A stretch of 64,000 nucleotides of DNA from a virus (lineage: Duplodnaviria; Caudoviricetes), in IMG/VR virus record IMGVR_UViG_3300028653_000015, positions 15,116-79,115 of that record; one strand, given 5' to 3'. The position numbers and the translations under genes are program-made. Shown one piece after another: positions 39,084 through 49,900 of the stretch. Below the pieces are notes generated by a model. It did not search any database, was not told the DNA's origin, and was given only the letters and a program-made list of their open reading frames with translations. The number at the start of each line of letters is the position of its first letter. The first letter of the stretch is position 1.

Positions 39084-40955
39084 TTAAACTGTTCTTGCTA
39101 CGTGTCCCTCTGTATGCATCTCTGCATAATCCAGATAGACGGAACTAGTAAAAAAGCCCCCAGTTTTATGAAGTCTCATAGGTTGGAAACTCCACACAGC
39201 GGAGGGGTCGGGGTTGAATGCTGGTACTACGTTTGTAACTTCTCCGTTGATCGTTAACGTAAGCTGTCCAAACCCAAACGAGATCTTACAGTCGTAGTAC
39301 TCGTTTGGATTCAGTTCTGTTGAAATGTCGTCAGCCCCTGTAGTAGCTACCCCATCAGAGTAGTACAACTTTATGAACAGATCATCCGTGATACTTATGA
39401 ACGCATAGACTGGTCCACTATCCAGGTTGAATCCCGCTTTGATCACAAAGGCTTCACCTGTTGTATCAGACAATAGGGGCATATCAAAACCCACACTGGC
39501 CGACAATTTGGCAGCATCCACATTTTGCATGGTAGGTCCTACCAAAGTTACCTGATCGCCACCTGTGTTACCGCCGAGTTGGATGACAGTAGAACGACCG
39601 TCTACGACATCCGCCGTGCTGATGAATGAGTCTCCACCTGCTTGGACAACCAGATTACCAATGAATGTGGCGCTTGATACATCATACAAACTGGAAAATC
39701 CGAAATCCTCCATGAAGGAGTAGTCTACTACTGGCTTCAGAAGTGGTATCTGATAATCACCATCAAGAATCTGGTGATTAACATGCATCTGATCAGACAT
39801 CATATTCAGATCAGATACCCATAGGTGATTCCATGGACTGACCTCGAGTCCCAGATCTAACTGAGCTCCAGTACCTGGGCTCAATGATGCCGTACCTGCA
39901 TCCAGTATGACCAAGTACTCCAGCTCACGGATGGGGTCAAATAATTCGATCTTCAGTGCAGGGCTGCTAGTGCCATAAGTCAAAAGCTGGATGTAGGAAG
40001 AGCTACTGGTGCTCGCATCTAACCAGCACACCCCAAAGATTTCCGACTCTGATGTGGGCGGTATGAGTGTCAACGTACTGAAGTTATACAAGCCAGAGGC
40101 AGAGCCATCAAAGCCATCGGTAGCATATACTGGGCCATGGCCGCTGTTGTTTATGCCTATGAATCCAACAAGGCCATATACAGATCTAGCGTCTAGTGTG
40201 TCTTCTACCAGAACCCCATATTCCTCATTGCTGATGCTGGCACAAGATACAAGATCGTGCCCCCCTAGACTCAAGTCCCCGGCCATTGGCAAAGAACCAT
40301 CTAGCAGTAGAACACCAGATGGAATCTCCTCACCTGACATCACTTTGTACCTGGTGAATGCATCAACAGGCAGGTCTTCTAGTGAGCTAGCCACACCATA
40401 TGCGATACGCACTACTTGTGCAGAAGGAATTGGATATGGGTCTGATACTACCGCGCCAGTACTAGGGTTTACTGTGCAGAAGTGTACCCATGGAGACTGC
40501 ACAAACCCTGTACCATAAGCTGGGCTCGTATCAGTGGTCTCCATTACCTGGCTTACTCGTACCTCATTGCCATTCTCATCTGTCAGAGCATTGTACTGAT
40601 CATCCAGCACAGAGAACAGTAGCATCAGACCCTCAGCTGCAGTAGGAGGGTAGCTAACGTCCCCACAGAACACGAGAGTGCTCAAGTGATAACTGCTGTC
40701 GCCTGCAGACGTAAACTTATCCACCTGAGGTACAGCTATCGCAGAAGCGTACTTCTGGTAGATATAATCTATGTTCAGCGACAGGGCCCAAGCCGATCTA
40801 TTAGCTATGGCAGAGGTTGCATTTTCGCCAAACCCTATGAACCTACCACCCGCGTACCCTGGGGTGTCATGCTCATCGTAGTTGTTGCCATTCGCAATCT
40901 GCCCTGGCCCTGAACCGTGAGGAAATGGTAGATGGGAAACAAATGGGATTGACAT
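39084..40955 (-). CDS. Tail fibre or baseplate appendage protein
   Basis: LLLDGSLPMAGDLSLGG fibre-type motif and a beta-rich C-terminus. Position in the tail operon. Confidence 0.65.
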   Translation of the reverse strand: MSIPFVSHLPFPHGSGPGQIANGNNYDEHDTPGYAGGRFIGFGENATSAIANRSAWALSLNIDYIYQKYASAIAVPQVDKFTSAGDSSYHLSTLVFCGDVSYPPTAAEGLMLLFSVLDDQYNALTDENGNEVRVSQVMETTDTSPAYGTGFVQSPWVHFCTVNPSTGAVVSDPYPIPSAQVVRIAYGVASSLEDLPVDAFTRYKVMSGEEIPSGVLLLDGSLPMAGDLSLGGHDLVSCASISNEEYGVLVEDTLDARSVYGLVGFIGINNSGHGPVYATDGFDGSASGLYNFSTLTLIPPTSESEIFGVCWLDASTSSSSYIQLLTYGTSSPALKIELFDPIRELEYLVILDAGTASLSPGTGAQLDLGLEVSPWNHLWVSDLNMMSDQMHVNHQILDGDYQIPLLKPVVDYSFMEDFGFSSLYDVSSATFIGNLVVQAGGDSFISTADVVDGRSTVIQLGGNTGGDQVTLVGPTMQNVDAAKLSASVGFDMPLLSDTTGEAFVIKAGFNLDSGPVYAFISITDDLFIKLYYSDGVATTGADDISTELNPNEYYDCKISFGFGQLTLTINGEVTNVVPAFNPDPSAVWSFQPMRLHKTGGFFTSSVYLDYAEMHTEGHVARTV

Positions 40956-40964
40956 ATTGATCTC

Positions 40965-41672
40965 CTAGAATTCTAGATCCCAGCGGAACTCGAGTGAAAC
41001 TGTAGGTGTCTTGGTTATGGGTGCGAAGTTGTTGTAGGCAATGATACGCTGCCTATTAGCATCCCCTATGTATGGAGGGGTGCTGTAGTCATAGACGGCA
41101 CCTGTTACCTGAGACATGACTTGGTCTGAGAGTACCATACCAACCTCACTAATGGGTATGGCTGGATACGCGCCTCCGAGATGCAAGTCTGTCTGCTGTA
41201 GAGTCACTTGAAACTCTACCACTGACGAAATCCCATTCAACTGTGCTGGAAATGCCGGAGGTATGATATCCAGCTGCTGCCCCCATACCCCCATAGATGT
41301 GTGGCTTGGTGGGTTATCTGGAGTTCCTGATACCATCACTGGCCTCTCCAGGTACAGTGTTTCGTGGGTACCCTTATCGTAGGTGTTACCGCCTGGATAA
41401 ACTTGATCTAGTGTGGGGTAGAAACTGGAGATGTTTACTGTCTGCTTGTTTCCGCCGATCCCAAATGTAAAGTACTGAACCCAGTTTGGACATACCGGTC
41501 CTGTAACATCCCCAGAAAGAATAGCCGAAGGAGATATCACTCTAGGAAGATACCATCTTCCTAGATTTACCCAGATGTTGTGACTCTCCCTGCACATGCT
41601 CGGTACCCTCTTACCACGCTCGTACGCGGTGATGAACATGTTCGATTTTGCTTGTATACGATCAGTAAACAT
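40965..41672 (-). CDS. Baseplate- or tail-associated protein
   Basis: ESHN.WVNLG, ISEVG and F.PITKT....LEFRW resemble fibre-attachment domains. ATG 41672 has a GAGG RBS. Confidence 0.6.
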   Translation of the reverse strand: MFTDRIQAKSNMFITAYERGKRVPSMCRESHNIWVNLGRWYLPRVISPSAILSGDVTGPVCPNWVQYFTFGIGGNKQTVNISSFYPTLDQVYPGGNTYDKGTHETLYLERPVMVSGTPDNPPSHTSMGVWGQQLDIIPPAFPAQLNGISSVVEFQVTLQQTDLHLGGAYPAIPISEVGMVLSDQVMSQVTGAVYDYSTPPYIGDANRQRIIAYNNFAPITKTPTVSLEFRWDLEF

Positions 41673-41710
41673 GCTGTTCCTCTCTACGCATTGTAGAACG
41701 AAATCGTGAC

Positions 41711-44700
41711 CTAAAGATACCACCCTCTTGAGTAAATGCCGTCAGTCAAACCAGCCAGCCCTCCAGGTAGACCCATATCGAATGATAGCAGGCCCACCAA
41801 CGGACCATAAGGCGGCGGAGGTGGGGTAGGTGCTGGACCACTCAAAGGGACTATATCCATGCCTCCTCCATCATCAAATGCCCAGATGGAGTCAAACTTG
41901 GGAGTTCCAGATAGAGGCTCAGCAACATAGACTGACAACTCATCTGTGGCTGGAAATAGGAGGGGTCTGTCGTGCGCAAAATATACTGGATCATATAGGT
42001 GGGCATTAGCTAGTGCGCCTATGGCCCAATCTATGCCGCCCACTATAAGTACATTGCCATCTAGAAGAACAGATGCAGCATTGCCAGAATTGGCTACTGT
42101 GGTTTGATCTACTATGATGAACCGACCAGAACTCGGTTCATAGAGCTCCACAACTGGGGTGCTGCCTCCCACCACATCACCACCAACGACAAGCACTGAA
42201 CCGTCCTGCAGCAGAGATGCTGTGAAATCCCCTCTTGCCACATTCAAATCCCCAGTGGCGCTGAACGTGCCTGTGCTGGGATCATACAGTTCAGATGTAC
42301 CAACAGGTCCGGACATACTCCAGCCACCAGTAATGAGCACCTTGCCGCTCTGTAGCAGTGTAGCTGTATGATAGCATCTACTAGTCAGCATTGAGCCAGT
42401 AGCTACAAACTCATTTGTAGCTGGGTCATACAGCTCAGCGGTGTCTGTGATCGTCGATCCGTCAAAACCACCAGTGAGCAATACCATGCCGTTTGGTAGT
42501 AGTACGGAGGCAAACAAATCCCTATAGAATATCGTAGAGCCTACGCTAGAAAAGGTGCGGGTATTGGGGTCGTACAGATCTGCACTTCCTGAACCTGCAA
42601 CCAATACCATGCCATCATCTAGTACGGTAGCAGTGGGCGACCCTCGATAATCAGTCATGTCACCCACGGATTGAAACAGCCCAGTCACAGTGCTGTACAA
42701 CTCCGCAGAGTTGACTGGCGATGTACTGCCGTCCGTACCACCAGCTATCAACACATACCCCGCACCAACCATAACAGCTGCTGCTTGGTACCTCTGTACT
42801 ATGGGCTCTGCGGCACTATGAAACGTCTTAGTTCTTGGATCATACAGTTCTGCTGCCCTAGCCTCTATGGATTGGGCCCCACCAACAACGAGCACCTTTC
42901 CACTGGGTAGCAGGGTAGACGTTGGCCATATGCGAAGCCCAGAGGAGCTCAGCTCCTTAACAGAGGTATTCACTGCATCAAAGTGTTGCTGGCATTCCCC
43001 ATCTGTATACAGTGAATCATGTGGAGGATCAAACGCCTCTCCAGAAACGTCATCATCGTATCTGTACGCACCGATGTTCTTGGTGTCTGGAGTAGATACG
43101 ATCAACTTACGTACCGTAGTCGTTAACTCATCCACCACATCTATGGTGTCTGGCGGAGTTGCAACATTCTTCAGAATGATAAATGTTGGATAGGTGTAGT
43201 GGGGCTTGAACTTCAGCATGAAGTCAATCGCAAACGTGAGGTTTGCGATATCGAAAGCATCCACATTGGCTCTGATGGCAAAGCGAAAGAACTTCTCTAC
43301 CTCTGAGAAGACAGAACCATACACAGACCCCCACTCAGCACCATTCAACCAGTCCAATACCTCTACACCGGTACTGAGTGGTGCAAATTGATCTATCTTA
43401 TCCCCCACAGCTATGGTCTTATGTGTCTCCTGATTTATGGCTAAGCCTAGGTGACTGGTGGTGGGGTAGTAGTACCCACGAACAAGCGCTGGGTTACTTG
43501 CATCCTGTATAAAGATCCTACCTTGCTTGGCACTGAAGTTTTGGTTGATGTCCTTTACGATTCCTGCCTCTTCCGAAAATGGAAGACCTAGAAGTATATG
43601 AATGCCTACACGTATGTTCTCAATAGAGGGGCCACCAAAGTAGGCGTACCAAAGTCCTCGAACAGCAGACAGATAGTCCAAAGACTCTGAGATACCTGTA
43701 GACTCAGATGCTGTGAATGATACCAGCGTACCAAAGTTGGCCTCTATAGCTGGGCTGTTATCTAGATATGTGATCTCCGCCCACAGTCTGTCTGGAGGAG
43801 GGTCTCCTATGGAGTATGTGCCAGGAGCAAACTGTATGGTGTTCTGCCCAGCAATCTTAGTGATGGTGTAATCTTTGTTGCCTACGAGGCGAGACTGTGG
43901 GTCTTTGATCACCTCCTGCAGACAGGGTATATCTACTACCAGTGCATCTACCGGCACGTTCTTGAGTCTGCTCACACCTACAAATGTAGTAGTGAAGTCC
44001 TCAGGCTTACCGTTGTAGTACATCAACAGCGGAGCAGGGTTAAAGCCCAACCTCTCATGAGCTACACCCACTACCGGGCAATGGACGATGGTAGGCACTC
44101 CAGTTGCAATGGGGGTGACTTCAAATCTAGCCAGGTCCCCTACTGAGATCAGTTGAGCAGTGAAGTCATTGACCTCCGATACCACAACTGATGGTATCAA
44201 CCAATCCCTAAATATCACAACACGACCAATTGCTGGATCTACAGGCACGTATTTGGCAGGTATGGGATCTAACAGCACAACATCGAGGTATACTGGTGAC
44301 ACTCTTTGATAAACTGGGCGCAGACCTATGTCTTTGATCCTAAGTGCTATCCTATCTTGTGGCACATTGGGTGGGTAAATGATTGTTCCCGTGAACACAT
44401 CTTCGGGGCCTACTCCGTAGTACGATAGATCATAGGTAGGTAATCCAGGATCGTTATTTACTCCTTGATCAAAAGTGGAATGTATCTCGATATTAACTTG
44501 GGGCCCTGGAGGAAAGCTGCGGAATTCAGGAGTATATGCAAACGAGTAGATCTCGTAGGGAGTGTATGTATCAACTGCTCGTAGATCATTCTGCATATAC
44601 GCAGTAGAAAAGAAGCCAAAACTGGAATTTGCCGTTCCATTTGGCGTGAGTCTCAGCAATCTATTAGGGTAATCAAAAGCGAGTATCCAATCGTTACGAA

Positions 44701-46483
44701 CATTAGCTAGTGGTGTGTCTGTCGTAGAGAAACCCAGCTGTTCATTTACTTGCCGGGCCAACTCCTCTGGAGACAGTGGATTACCTGGTGTTCCAATGAA
44801 TGTAACTGTCTCAATCTTTCCATTGTCAAATACGAACTCCAATGTTAAGCCAGCCACATCCTTCGGGCCACCCCAGGGGCATAGGATACCCCCACGTAGG
44901 ATTCGAATGGTGGATGTAGTAGGATCGTCTGTAAGGAATGTATTGTACTCCAGCCATCTACGTTGAAAGACCCTCTGAATGTCTTTCAAGCTCTTGTTGT
45001 AGTCTATCTGCCAAACTGTCATCAGGATGTTGGCTGCAGCCTGAGCGAACCCTGACCACACTGTCTCTATCTTATCTTTGTCCTCCAGTAGGTTCCAAAA
45101 GTCGGATAGGTGCCTCCAGATGAAGGAGACATCTGGAATCTCTCCCAGTGTCAAGGATGTCTGGGACACGTTCAGAAGTGCGAACTCCGGTATGCTATCC
45201 AGTTCTCCATCGTTCACCACCAGCTGTGGTTCATACAAACCAGCGGCATCTGGAGTAGCATCTGGAGTGGCGTGTGTCTGGTCGCTGAAGAATGTGGCAG
45301 AGTGACATATGACCCAAGCCTGGTTGCTCAAGTTATCCGGCAGTAGCTCCGCTGTTATAGCTATGGTGTTGTCATCAATCCAACCGCCCCCAACAATGTT
45401 ACGCACCCACTTGCTGGTGCGCAGATCTAATGTCCACATTGGTGTCTGACCAACGACACCAACGGCTACTGTGTACTGTTGGCCACCTACTAGTAGTGTG
45501 TCCCCAGGCTGAAGTACCGGAGCTTTGTCAACACTGAAAGACCCCTCTGAGTCGTAGAAAAAGTAGGTGAATCCATCAGCATTGAAGTCAGGGCTGGTAC
45601 TGCCAGCTACGCTAGATATCTTGAACTGTGATCCATCTGGTGCATCAATCAAAGACCAGAAGTAGGTAAGAGGCGAGCCCTCAGGATCGTAGCTGCCAGA
45701 GCCATCAAACCGAACAGTAGCTCCTACAGATACACCCTGATCTGTACCTGGTACTGCTACAGGCCGCTGATTGGGCACCATCATCGCGTGCCCGTTAAAT
45801 CTGACAGTTTGCACTGTGATCTGAGCTGGTATAGACCCAGTACCCAGTGTGGCTATGACTACCCCATTACTAGAGTCTGGCGGTGACTGAATCGCACCGG
45901 TGGTGAATCGTAGTTGATGGCCCTTTATAGGTATCAGATCAGTCTTGGTAACATAGATGTTTGTTACATCCAGTTCTGCGCTCACTGCTATACGAATGGT
46001 GTAGTAGTCACTACCTTCCGGGATCAAAGACTGGCTTCCTGGAATAGGAAAGGCGGCACCTGTTGGGGCGGATACGATAGCAAGACCTGCTCTGGAGATA
46101 ACAAGACCACAACCTGGGCCCTGCATATCGTACGCACCTATGAAGAGCCTATAGATATCCAGGTTGCTCAAGTCTGGTGGCAGTCTATCTGGTCGGAATG
46201 TAACCTCGAGTGTCCAGGACTCACTAGTCTCAAGATCTATGCTGATGGCTGTTTCAGCATTTCCATCATCCATGATCCTGAGCCCTAGGGCTGTAGGATC
46301 ATACACAATCCAAGGAGCGCCCTTAGTAGCGCTTACCTCTATATAGTCCGGCAAAATGGCTATCGTACTAGCGCTGTCTACATCAGCGCTAGGGAACTCT
46401 GGGGATGTGGGTATGTGCTCACTTGGAGAACCAACAGAACCCCAATGTGCACTACCCCACGGACTATTTCCCCAGCCAGCCAT
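41711..46483 (-). CDS. Large baseplate/tail protein with PKD-like domain and Kelch beta-propeller
   Basis: NQRPVA..FDGSGSYDPEGSPLTYFWSL (PKD-like) and about six Kelch repeats (TATLLQSGKVLITGG...ELYDP). Confidence 0.8.
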   Translation of the reverse strand: MAGWGNSPWGSAHWGSVGSPSEHIPTSPEFPSADVDSASTIAILPDYIEVSATKGAPWIVYDPTALGLRIMDDGNAETAISIDLETSESWTLEVTFRPDRLPPDLSNLDIYRLFIGAYDMQGPGCGLVISRAGLAIVSAPTGAAFPIPGSQSLIPEGSDYYTIRIAVSAELDVTNIYVTKTDLIPIKGHQLRFTTGAIQSPPDSSNGVVIATLGTGSIPAQITVQTVRFNGHAMMVPNQRPVAVPGTDQGVSVGATVRFDGSGSYDPEGSPLTYFWSLIDAPDGSQFKISSVAGSTSPDFNADGFTYFFYDSEGSFSVDKAPVLQPGDTLLVGGQQYTVAVGVVGQTPMWTLDLRTSKWVRNIVGGGWIDDNTIAITAELLPDNLSNQAWVICHSATFFSDQTHATPDATPDAAGLYEPQLVVNDGELDSIPEFALLNVSQTSLTLGEIPDVSFIWRHLSDFWNLLEDKDKIETVWSGFAQAAANILMTVWQIDYNKSLKDIQRVFQRRWLEYNTFLTDDPTTSTIRILRGGILCPWGGPKDVAGLTLEFVFDNGKIETVTFIGTPGNPLSPEELARQVNEQLGFSTTDTPLANVRNDWILAFDYPNRLLRLTPNGTANSSFGFFSTAYMQNDLRAVDTYTPYEIYSFAYTPEFRSFPPGPQVNIEIHSTFDQGVNNDPGLPTYDLSYYGVGPEDVFTGTIIYPPNVPQDRIALRIKDIGLRPVYQRVSPVYLDVVLLDPIPAKYVPVDPAIGRVVIFRDWLIPSVVVSEVNDFTAQLISVGDLARFEVTPIATGVPTIVHCPVVGVAHERLGFNPAPLLMYYNGKPEDFTTTFVGVSRLKNVPVDALVVDIPCLQEVIKDPQSRLVGNKDYTITKIAGQNTIQFAPGTYSIGDPPPDRLWAEITYLDNSPAIEANFGTLVSFTASESTGISESLDYLSAVRGLWYAYFGGPSIENIRVGIHILLGLPFSEEAGIVKDINQNFSAKQGRIFIQDASNPALVRGYYYPTTSHLGLAINQETHKTIAVGDKIDQFAPLSTGVEVLDWLNGAEWGSVYGSVFSEVEKFFRFAIRANVDAFDIANLTFAIDFMLKFKPHYTYPTFIILKNVATPPDTIDVVDELTTTVRKLIVSTPDTKNIGAYRYDDDVSGEAFDPPHDSLYTDGECQQHFDAVNTSVKELSSSGLRIWPTSTLLPSGKVLVVGGAQSIEARAAELYDPRTKTFHSAAEPIVQRYQAAAVMVGAGYVLIAGGTDGSTSPVNSAELYSTVTGLFQSVGDMTDYRGSPTATVLDDGMVLVAGSGSADLYDPNTRTFSSVGSTIFYRDLFASVLLPNGMVLLTGGFDGSTITDTAELYDPATNEFVATGSMLTSRCYHTATLLQSGKVLITGGWSMSGPVGTSELYDPSTGTFSATGDLNVARGDFTASLLQDGSVLVVGGDVVGGSTPVVELYEPSSGRFIIVDQTTVANSGNAASVLLDGNVLIVGGIDWAIGALANAHLYDPVYFAHDRPLLFPATDELSVYVAEPLSGTPKFDSIWAFDDGGGMDIVPLSGPAPTPPPPPYGPLVGLLSFDMGLPGGLAGLTDGIYSRGWYL

Positions 46484-46523
46484 TAGCTTGCTCCTGTTGT
46501 CGTGTGGTACTCACTTACGTAGG

Positions 46524-46553
46524 ATTGTACGAGTGTACAGCGCTCTAGGTCAA
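46524..46553 (-). promoter_or_regulatory. sigma70-like promoter TTGACC-N18-TACAAT
   Basis: Upstream of the 1590-aa gene. Shares CTCGTAC(A/T)AT with the 16806-16835 promoter. Confidence 0.55.
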
Positions 46554-46591
46554 CTGTTGCCGCAAAGTTACTATTGGCGTAGTGTATCACC

Positions 46592-46909
46592 ATGGACCTG
46601 AAACCCGCTGACCCCCGCGTCATTCTTAAACTGTTGGAAGGTAAGAGGGATGTCATAACTCCTCTAGCTGAAAAAAGAGATGCGTTCTACTTGGGCCAGA
46701 CATGTATCAGGTGTGGTGGCACAGCCCTGACCAAAGTGGCCAATGCTGCTACGCTTTTTCGAGCCAATGATCCTATGCCACGCTACCTGCTGCAGTGCCA
46801 GGACTGTACGTGTCTGTTTGATCCGCATACTGGTCTACTCTTGTCTATGGGTAACCTTGGAAAAGCCTTCTTACCTGCTGTTCCTCTTCTTGACGGCCCA
46901 GAGGACTAG
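46592..46909 (+). CDS. Zn-ribbon hypothetical protein
   Basis: CIRC...CQDC. A lone plus-strand gene, possibly leaderless after TTGCCG-N17-TAGTGT. Confidence 0.7.
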   Translation: MDLKPADPRVILKLLEGKRDVITPLAEKRDAFYLGQTCIRCGGTALTKVANAATLFRANDPMPRYLLQCQDCTCLFDPHTGLLLSMGNLGKAFLPAVPLLDGPED

Positions 46910-49900
46910 CCTCTAGATGAATCCTGGATGATATTGATGCTGCCCTCAAAGAAGGTAGACAGCTTTCCCTTGGACACGGAGTTGTAAGATCTGTCGACAG
47001 AGATGTTCCTGTATTCGTCGTATGCTACAGCCAACAGTGTGATAGGACTGGTGACAGAAGAGGCCCCACGTCTGGAAGCTTTATCCTGAATGACAGAGGC
47101 TACTACTCTCTCATTTGGGGTGAGAGCATCTAGATAGGACAAAACGTCCGCAGTGACTACATCTGCACTAGAACCGCCTACATAGTGCATATCGAAGTTG
47201 ATGTAGGTTGGGAACAGATGACGAACAAGGATACTGGCGGTAAGAACTCTATCTAGATCTGAGGAGGCGAAGGATTGTATGTCTGCCACTATGCCGGCCT
47301 GCTCGTATTCGATCTGAATGTTACTGCCAGCAAGTTGTATCTTGTTCTCTGGACTGTCTGTCTCACCCACCTCCAGCATGCTGGGAGTGAGGATCATACT
47401 TAGTTGCTCCTGTGTGGAGTAGGACAGGTTACTGTCTGCTACCTCCAGTCTGTAGCCATCGGATGTGTGACCAGTGACAAAGAACACGAGACCTTCTGGT
47501 ATGTTCCATAGGTCACCAGAACCATCCGAGATCAACTCGATATCAACGTATCTAAGCCCACTCTCTACCTGCTTGCTCATGTCTGTAGAGGAGATTCGTT
47601 GTACTCCCTGACGTAGTACTCGAAAGTGGTTGGCCTGCTCAAAGTATCCGGTAGTTGGTACGAGTGGTGGGTTACTATCCATATCCTGTATCTCAATCTG
47701 AAATCCCCTAGTCGGATCATAGGGGTTTGCATTGAGACTGATTACCTTGTACAAGCCCTGTGTGTTGCTTTGATGAAAGAAGGACTCGTTATTTACAGTT
47801 GTTTGACCAGGTGGAGGTGTGAACCCCAGTATAGAGTTAGCCGTTCCAGTAGACAGTATGACTATGGGCACGTCTGCCTCAAGCATCAAGTACTGTGAAT
47901 CACTGTAGTTCGTGATGAAGGCTATATCTACACCAACAGCTTTATTGATCTCGCTAGCAACCACATCGGTTGTGGTTGCATTGACGGAGAATGTGATCGT
48001 AGTTTTCTTGTCATCTACCTTTAGTATGAGTGTGTAGTTAACGAGTGCAGTAGGAGTGTCCGCTAGCAAAGCCTTAACATCGGTCACACCCTGTAGAGGC
48101 TGATACGTTATCTGGATCAAGTCTCCTACTTGCACGCCCATAGCTACAAAGTCTATCACTGGGCTTCTGTTGTCATATCCCAGAATGCTTGCAAGCACTT
48201 CCGATGTTACAAAGCCAGAAGTTGGTCCTGAGGTGATGGTCAGGTTGTTGGGTATTACGGTGTTTCCGGCTTCTGGAATCAGGGTATGCCTCAGCGAAGG
48301 GTCTGGAATGAATCCCAACTCCGCCCCATTGATCGTAGTGGTAAAGCGAGTTACGGCTGGTTCATTTTCCGCTATGGTACCGCCATCTATACTTGTACCT
48401 ACAGCAGCTGCATTTGCTGGGAAAACCGAAGAGCTCTTCAGAGCAGGTCTGTACGCACCACGAGCTTCGAATGAGGTTGGGTCCAAGAAGTAGACTCTGG
48501 CTGTACCTGTAGATCTACTGCCGATGCTCAGCTCCACACCCATATCTGGCTGCAGGAAACGAACAGTACCAGTTGTCTCATCGAAACCAGTGACCATGAT
48601 CTTATGGTTCACATCGTCAATCACCACAAAGTAGTAGTTGCCGACATTCAGACCTGAGGTTATGGACACTACGTCGAGTGCTGGACGAAGGTCATACTCA
48701 GGGGCTTCCCATGGAAAGGACAAATCTGATGCATGACGTATCTGGCGGCTGTCATCTCCGCCAGTTAGGCCCAAAGAGACACCAGCTGTAGTTGTGATTC
48801 GTATCCATCTATCACTTGAACGCAGAGTCAGATATTGCTCTTCATTATCTCCGATGAAAGTCCCAGCTAGATGTGGGGTTGCAGTATTGATGGCCTGTAA
48901 GATGGCACCTGGATTGGCACAACCATCTAACACCACATGTGCAGAATCAGTGCCAGTAGAAGATGTCCACTCTACATCAATAGAGCAAGGGTCTAGAGGA
49001 TACGCCAGGGTATTGAGATCTACTGGCCAACCCACTATTCCCAGTAATCCATCTGTGATCGAAAGCTTCACTCCATTTCCGGCGTTGGAGAACGTAGTAG
49101 ACCTAGCATCCACAGGGTCTGCTCTAGGTATGCTACTACCTGTGGGACTGCCCGAACTGTCTAGTATGTTCACGGAGTCAATTCGAATCATTGGAAGCTG
49201 TAAACCAGTCTGTGCCTTGAATACCTGCCACGACAATTCCGTAGTTGCAGTGGTTGTGGACCTAGACAAAGACAGGTTCCTACCATTGGTGCCGGAGATG
49301 CCAGTGATAGTGTAGTCACCAGCATCCGGCCCAGTCAGTATGCGAAGAGTGTCACCTACCTCAACACCGAATGATACGAAGTCCACCAAGTCTACAGTAG
49401 TAAAGATATTTCCAAGCTGTAGCGTTCTACCACGTAGACCTGTATCTCTGATTGTCTTTGGATGGATCAAATCTATGGTCAAGTTCCCCACTATGTCGTA
49501 CTGGACACTTTCAATGGTGTCGTTGCTAAACTGTGAGTCCACCTGCAGATAGTTGGCATTCGGTGCACCAGTCTGATCTATACCCACCCTAACGATGCGC
49601 CTGGTACGAGCATCGGTTCCCAGGAATGTCACAAGACTCATACCAGTAGTAACACCTGCAGCTACAAAATCTACTCGGTCGTCCCGGAAATACCAACTAC
49701 TGGCACCTCCGCCAACACCATTGGTCGTTCCTGTAGCACTGGTAACCAGGGGTTTCTCATCCTCTACTGCAGATAGAGTCAAATCTAGCGTCTGTGTACC
49801 AGCACCGCGTGCATAGAAATCTGTACAGCCGCCTATGTGCACTTGATCAGCTTGGATAGACACTGCTTGTGCATCTGCAGAGAACACAATGCCCCCAGGC

